DNA from: Phaeosaccion multiseriatum
Lineage: Eukaryota > Protista > Ochrophyta, other classes
Assembly (NCBI GenBank): GCA_965112735.1
Contig: OZ218952.1
Span: forward strand, 4,340,001 to 4,404,000
Direction: 5' to 3'
Length of the DNA: 64,000 nucleotides
This document shows, piece by piece, positions 63,977-64,000 of this stretch (positions within the stretch are counted from its first letter, which is position 1; every line of letters begins with the position of its first letter). The notes under the pieces are model-generated. The model worked only from the letters and a program-made list of their open reading frames with translations, made no database searches and had not been told where the DNA came from. A program made the translations under genes and the position numbers.

Positions 63977-64000
63977 CTACATGCGTCTCGACGGTCGAGA

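Noticed and set aside
1-64000. tRNA/rRNA genes, transposases, reverse transcriptases
   Set aside because: None recognised by eye; tRNAscan-SE, Infernal and RepeatMasker would be needed to exclude them.

Overview
Eukaryotic nuclear DNA, gene-dense and GC-rich, with spliceosomal introns full of microsatellites. It most likely comes from a flagellated alga with a complex red-type plastid such as an ochrophyte. This is inferred from bipartite plastid-targeting leaders, a nucleus-encoded sigma-70 factor and CFAP70. The first 35 kb hold about 13 genes: importin-alpha 3' end, a small plastid protein, a Kelch protein with a BC-box-like tail, a WW-WH2 verprolin-like protein, the sigma factor, a TPR-methyltransferase with a signal peptide, an acidic hypothetical protein, an ankyrin protein, a PPR-SMR protein, a Tat-targeted thylakoid-lumen protein, CFAP70, a DUF482/FemAB-like GNAT and a WW protein. 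The last 28 kb are one giant type-I membrane glycoprotein gene (about 28 exons, roughly 6,600 aa by hand splicing). It alternates FN3 domains with an unassigned two-Cys 'NNFT' module and is expanding by exon+intron tandem duplication. Two observations stand out: (1) an intronless PPR-SMR nuclease-like gene whose near-identical 105-bp repeats read cleanly with the canonical PPR code, like a TALE array; (2) the giant modular surface protein with mosaic, frame-preserving duplicated exons. All exon boundaries were read by eye and no database searches were run.
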